DNA from: a virus
Taxonomy: Duplodnaviria; Heunggongvirae; Uroviricota; Caudoviricetes
Virus record (IMG/VR): IMGVR_UViG_2619619129_000009
Direction: 5' to 3' (one strand)
Length of the DNA: 30,853 nucleotides
The number at the start of each line of letters is the position of its first letter. Position 1 is the first letter of the stretch. Under the pieces are notes generated by a model, which ran no database searches, was not told the origin of the DNA, and saw only the letters and a program-made list of their open reading frames with translations. This document shows, one piece after another, positions 27,397 through 30,853 of the stretch. The position numbers and the translations under genes were made by a program.

Positions 27397-27619
27397 CCTG
27401 CGCGTTTAAATCAGCAAAAGACTTTGCGCTTCCGGTCAGAATATCGTGATGCATCAGGCCGGAAACGAGCTGGCTTAATTTCGGATAATAACCAACCACC
27501 GCCAGCCATTCCTGACCGGCGTTTTTACCGCTTTCCGCTCTCTTTTTCTCGTGGAGAATAAACTGAAAGCTGTCACTGGTAACGACATAACGTTCGCCAA
27601 TTTCAATACGAATACTCAT
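27344..27619 (-). CDS. Hypothetical early-operon protein (P2 orf83 position), 91 aa
   Basis: Small ORF directly upstream of A, overlapping the next ORF stop. Confidence 0.5.
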   Translation of the reverse strand: MSIRIEIGERYVVTSDSFQFILHEKKRAESGKNAGQEWLAVVGYYPKLSQLVSGLMHHDILTGSAKSFADLNAQVEQLSRRCSEAFGSYGR

Positions 27620-27840
27620 GCCGTTCTCCGGTAATGTTTGTTTTTTGCTTCAAAGACTGACTGGCAGGAAACACAACGCGTGGCTGACGGATAAGCCGCA
27701 CGACGGGCAGCAGGTATTGGCGCGTCACACTCTTCGCAAACCAGCGCAGAAGCACCGCAATGTTTTACCCTTGCCGCGTTAATCTGGCGCTCCAGTAATT
27801 CAGCCTGTTGTTCCTGAATAAAATCTACGTTGTCCGGCAT
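27616..27840 (-). CDS. TraR/DksA-family C4 zinc-finger protein (P2 orf82 position), 74 aa
   Basis: CEEC-x17-CVSC four-cysteine pattern typical of phage TraR/DksA-like proteins. Confidence 0.6.
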   Translation of the reverse strand: MPDNVDFIQEQQAELLERQINAARVKHCGASALVCEECDAPIPAARRAAYPSATRCVSCQSVFEAKNKHYRRTA

Positions 27841-27918
27841 TACCAGCTCCTTTTGTCGTTAAGTTTTTTAAATTCATCAGCGCAATAGCTGGCAATTTCT
27901 GTCGTTAATTTCGTCAGT

Positions 27919-28146
27919 TCATCCACGGAGGATGATTTGCTTGTGAAATACAGCGCGTTTAACAAGTAAATTGACCACATCAGACAGGAGGTTTAATTCA
28001 TTCTGATAAATCGCGATAACAGATTCAGTTATGTCGCGCTTTTCTTTATCAAGACCAAGTTGAATAAGAGACAAATCGCCATTTTCCATAACGGCGATTT
28101 TTAAGGCGTTATTCAGTAATACAACTGAACGAGAACAGGACATCAA
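27919..28146 (-). CDS. Hypothetical early-operon protein, 75 aa
   Basis: Small ORF in the early operon, overlapping the upstream ORF by 4 nt. Confidence 0.45.
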   Translation of the reverse strand: MMSCSRSVVLLNNALKIAVMENGDLSLIQLGLDKEKRDITESVIAIYQNELNLLSDVVNLLVKRAVFHKQIILRG

Positions 28147-28400
28147 AGCACCTCCCCGCGAGACAATCCGATATTGTGAAATTTTTCCGACTCCTGACTG
28201 AGCAGCTCGACTATCTCCACGCGGGATAACTCCGCCTTTGTGATGTGGCGAATCATGGCGTCAAGATGAGAAGAAAAGCGCGTCGCAGCATCAGCCTGTG
28301 CTTCGGTTCTGGCCTGTTGCAGCAGTAATGCGTATTTACCGCACTGATTTTCAGAAACTGTATGCATGACTTTCTCCAGGCAAAAAGAAGCCCCGCACAA
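28143..28400 (-). CDS. Hypothetical early-operon protein, 85 aa
   Basis: Small ORF in the early operon between B and the downstream ORFs. Confidence 0.45.
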   Translation of the reverse strand: MCGASFCLEKVMHTVSENQCGKYALLLQQARTEAQADAATRFSSHLDAMIRHITKAELSRVEIVELLSQESEKFHNIGLSRGEVL

Positions 28401-28430
28401 TTAAGTGCGTTAAAAACTCTGGTTAATTAC

Positions 28431-28931
28431 TTAATGCAGATATTGCTCTGGTTTTACCGACGTCAGAATTGTCGGTGCATACTCAAACAGGCTGAATAAT
28501 TCACGTAATGCACGGAATAAAGCATCACGCCAGTAACATGATTCTTCATTAATGCGCCAGTACGGCTGATTGAATTCTTTTTCTGTCAATCCCGCATGCA
28601 TAAATAAAGTACGACGCTGACTGACTGTTAAAAAACTAATATATGCATACTCACTTGCGCCGACCTGACGGCGTTTTGAGAATGCGCCACGCAATTCATC
28701 AATTGCACAAACCAGTCGTTCACGTTCGACGTCGTTCATTTCTTCAAAACGCATCGTTGCGTGACGCTGTTTTAACTGTGCATGAAAGCAAACCGTTAGC
28801 CGTTCGCGCTCCATCATCTGATTATAATAATCACATGTATCCTGCCAGCGAGGGACGGCAAGATGCTTGCCAATTATCCGGCGCATAGCTGCTGGCTGTT
28901 TTTCAACGAGATTGAGCGTCATCACTGTCAT
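28431..28931 (-). CDS. B: Replication protein B (helicase-loader-like), about 166 aa from internal Met
   Basis: Size and position (between cox-proximal small ORF and A) match P2 gpB; no motif check possible. Confidence 0.6.
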   Translation of the reverse strand: MTVMTLNLVEKQPAAMRRIIGKHLAVPRWQDTCDYYNQMMERERLTVCFHAQLKQRHATMRFEEMNDVERERLVCAIDELRGAFSKRRQVGASEYAYISFLTVSQRRTLFMHAGLTEKEFNQPYWRINEESCYWRDALFRALRELFSLFEYAPTILTSVKPEQYLH

Positions 28932-29125
28932 TTCCATACCCTCCGGCTTTTCAGAAAGGTCAGAGCCTTTTTTAACGGACTCTGTTTTTTGGTGCGGATA
29001 ATGATTCCCTTACGCCCCTTACCGTGGGTGATGGTGAAGTCAATCGCCCTGGGGCTTTCGTTACGCAATAACTGAGCAATACAACGCGGCTCATTCATAA
29101 TCACAACCCCATCCACAAAAGCCAT
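28928..29125 (-). CDS. Hypothetical early-operon protein (P2 orf78 position), 65 aa
   Basis: Small basic ORF between cox and B. Confidence 0.4.
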   Translation of the reverse strand: MAFVDGVVIMNEPRCIAQLLRNESPRAIDFTITHGKGRKGIIIRTKKQSPLKKALTFLKSRRVWK

Positions 29126-29388
29126 GCATCACGCTGTTCAACCGGTCGGTTATAAAACGCCTCACGTACAGCGCGATTAAACTCAGGAATGAAAACCCAT
29201 TTTTCACCGGCACGAGCCTTCGGTTTGCAAGGATCACGCAATTCAATAATTGGTAATTTATTTGCCTTCACCATTTCACTGACGGCTGTCTTTGGCTTCC
29301 CTAATAAATCAGCAAATTTATCCACATGAACCGCATCAAGCGGATACTGAATCACATAATTTTCAGCGTCCATATATGGTACCCTCAT
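29101..29388 (-). CDS. cox: Cox-like excisionase / transcriptional regulator
   Basis: First gene of the early operon, divergent from the repressor; C-terminal motif RAGEKWVFIPEFN...RDAWLLWMGL resembles my recollection of P2 Cox. Confidence 0.7.
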   Translation of the reverse strand: MRVPYMDAENYVIQYPLDAVHVDKFADLLGKPKTAVSEMVKANKLPIIELRDPCKPKARAGEKWVFIPEFNRAVREAFYNRPVEQRDAWLLWMGL

Positions 29389-29450
29389 AGGATCCAGCCC
29401 TTTCTAAACCACTCAAAACCGTTTAGATGCTGGTTTATTCTCAAATCAAT

Positions 29451-29503
29451 GGAACCTATATAGGTTCCAGTTTTGAGGGAATTTAGTCCCTATATAGGCA
29501 CCA
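29451..29503. promoter_or_regulatory. Immunity-region operator candidates: 18-bp perfect palindrome GGAACCTATATAGGTTCC (29451-29468) and a second CCTATATAGG copy (29489-29498)
   Basis: Palindrome and repeat read directly in the cox-C intergenic region where divergent Pe/Pc promoters and repressor operators are expected. Confidence 0.55.
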
Positions 29504-29509
29504 TGTCAA

Positions 29510-29803
29510 ATGAAATTAAGCGAAAAGATTAAGGCCTTGCGTGAGGCTGAAGGGCTAAGCCAATCAAAATTCTGTGAAATCATAGAGTTACCGCTAAGCA
29601 CACTTAAAAAATATGAAGGAGGAAACTTTGAACCCGGTGGCACAGCTTTGCTAAAAATCACTATGCATCCCACATTCCAAAAATATGCTCTATGGCTTAT
29701 GACAGATAAAACCGCGCCGGACGCAGGACAAATCGCACCGGCTCTCGCGCACATTGGGCCAGAGTCAACAGAGTCCAACCACTCCGCGAAAAGGATTGGC
29801 TAA
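29510..29803 (+). CDS. C: Immunity repressor C (HTH), 97 aa
   Basis: Small ORF divergent from cox and upstream of int; HTH-like segment LSQSKFCEIIELPLSTLKKYE. Confidence 0.75.
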   Translation: MKLSEKIKALREAEGLSQSKFCEIIELPLSTLKKYEGGNFEPGGTALLKITMHPTFQKYALWLMTDKTAPDAGQIAPALAHIGPESTESNHSAKRIG

Positions 29804-29842
29804 CTCTATATAAAGATTACATTTTCACCATTTGCTACCAAG

Positions 29843-30853
29843 ATGGTGAATACAGCGCCGGAGGGCTTTCTTATGGCAATTAAGAAGCTCGATGATGGTC
29901 GCTATGAAGTGGACATTAGACCTCGCGGTCGCGACGGAAAACGCATCCGCAGGAAATTCGAAAGAAAAGCTGAAGCACTAGCATTTGAGCGATACACAAT
30001 CGCCAATGCCAGTCAGAAAGAATGGGGAGGCCAGCGAGCAGACCGCCGGACTTTGAGTGAGTTGCTGGACATCTGGTGGAAATATCACGGGCAAAACCAC
30101 GAGCATGGAACAAAAGAGTTTAATCATCTACTCAAAACCATCAGCGGCATAGGTGATATACCAGTGAGCAGGATGAGCAAAAGGGCTTTGATGGATTATC
30201 GTTCCATGCGACTACGTGATGGTATCAGTGCCGCAACGATAAACCGTGACATGTACCGATTATCCGGCATGTTCACAAAATTAATTCAATTGGATGAATT
30301 TTCCGGGCAACACCCAATTCACGGACTGCCGCCACTGGCGGAGGCCAACCCTGAAATGACGTTCCTGGAAAAAGCAGAAATCGAAAAACTATTAAATGTT
30401 TTGGCTGGTGATGACTTACTTGTCGCGCTTTTATGTCTGAGCACCGGAGGAAGATGGACGGAAGTTGCCACGCTAAAACCAGCACAGATTACAAATTGCA
30501 GGGTTACCTTCCTGAAAACCAAAAACGGTAAAAAGCGAACCGTGCCGATTTCTGAGGAACTGGAGAAAAAAGTTAAAGAGGAGGCCAGCGCCAAATTATT
30601 CAAAGTTGATTATGAGAAATTTTGCGGGATTTTACGCAGAGTGAAACCTGATATACCACCCAATCAGGCAACCCACATCCTGCGGCATACATTCGCAAGC
30701 CATTTCATGATGAATGGGGGCAATATAATCGCACTGCAACAGATTCTGGGACATGCGAGCATTCAGCAGACGATGGCCTATGCGCACCTTGCGCCTGACT
30801 ATCTGCAAAATGCCGTCGCTCTGAATCCACTAAAAGGCGGAGTGACGTTATAA
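29843..30853 (+). CDS. int: Tyrosine integrase (alternative start at 29873, MAIKKL)
   Basis: C-terminal catalytic region HILRHTFAS...GHASIQQTMAYAHL carries the R/H/Y tyrosine-recombinase residues; last gene before the window edge. Confidence 0.9.
   Translation: MVNTAPEGFLMAIKKLDDGRYEVDIRPRGRDGKRIRRKFERKAEALAFERYTIANASQKEWGGQRADRRTLSELLDIWWKYHGQNHEHGTKEFNHLLKTISGIGDIPVSRMSKRALMDYRSMRLRDGISAATINRDMYRLSGMFTKLIQLDEFSGQHPIHGLPPLAEANPEMTFLEKAEIEKLLNVLAGDDLLVALLCLSTGGRWTEVATLKPAQITNCRVTFLKTKNGKKRTVPISEELEKKVKEEASAKLFKVDYEKFCGILRRVKPDIPPNQATHILRHTFASHFMMNGGNIIALQQILGHASIQQTMAYAHLAPDYLQNAVALNPLKGGVTL

Noticed and set aside
1-30853. CRISPR arrays, tRNA or rRNA genes, IS elements
   Set aside because: No regularly spaced direct repeats, no tRNA-like cloverleaf candidates and no transposase-like ORF or terminal inverted repeats were seen; the window ends at the int stop codon before any tRNA integration target.

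Overview
The whole window is a nearly complete P2-like (Peduovirus-type) prophage of an enterobacterial host, read in reverse of the canonical P2 map: ogr at the left edge, integrase at the right edge, attachment sites outside the window. The structural, lysis and packaging genes are syntenic with P2 and most ORF lengths match my recollection of the P2 proteins exactly (D 387, U 159, T 815, FII 172, FI 396, J 302, W 115, V 211, S 150, R 155, K 165, Y 93, M 247, N 357, Q 344 aa). Two regions depart from the P2 backbone. (1) At 21.9-25.0 kb, between cos/Q and replication gene A (the slot where P2 carries old and tin), sits an AT-rich three-gene island: a DUF262/ParB-like protein translationally coupled to a small HEPN-like protein (Rx4H motif), convergent with a C5-cytosine DNA methyltransferase. 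This is the best candidate for an undescribed defence or restriction-modification-like system. (2) The tail-fibre region carries a Hin/Gin-family serine invertase next to a roughly 1.85 kb invertible segment, bounded by 26-bp inverted crossover sites, holding two alternative fibre C-terminal modules with their own assembly chaperones. Also present: the E/E' -1 frameshift at a TTTTTTG slippery site, a 19-nt match to the P2/186 cohesive end, an immunity region with palindromic operator-like repeats, and nested lysB/lysC spanin genes. No tRNA, rRNA, CRISPR array or IS element was seen. All calls are from reading the sequence and recalled family knowledge; no searches were run.
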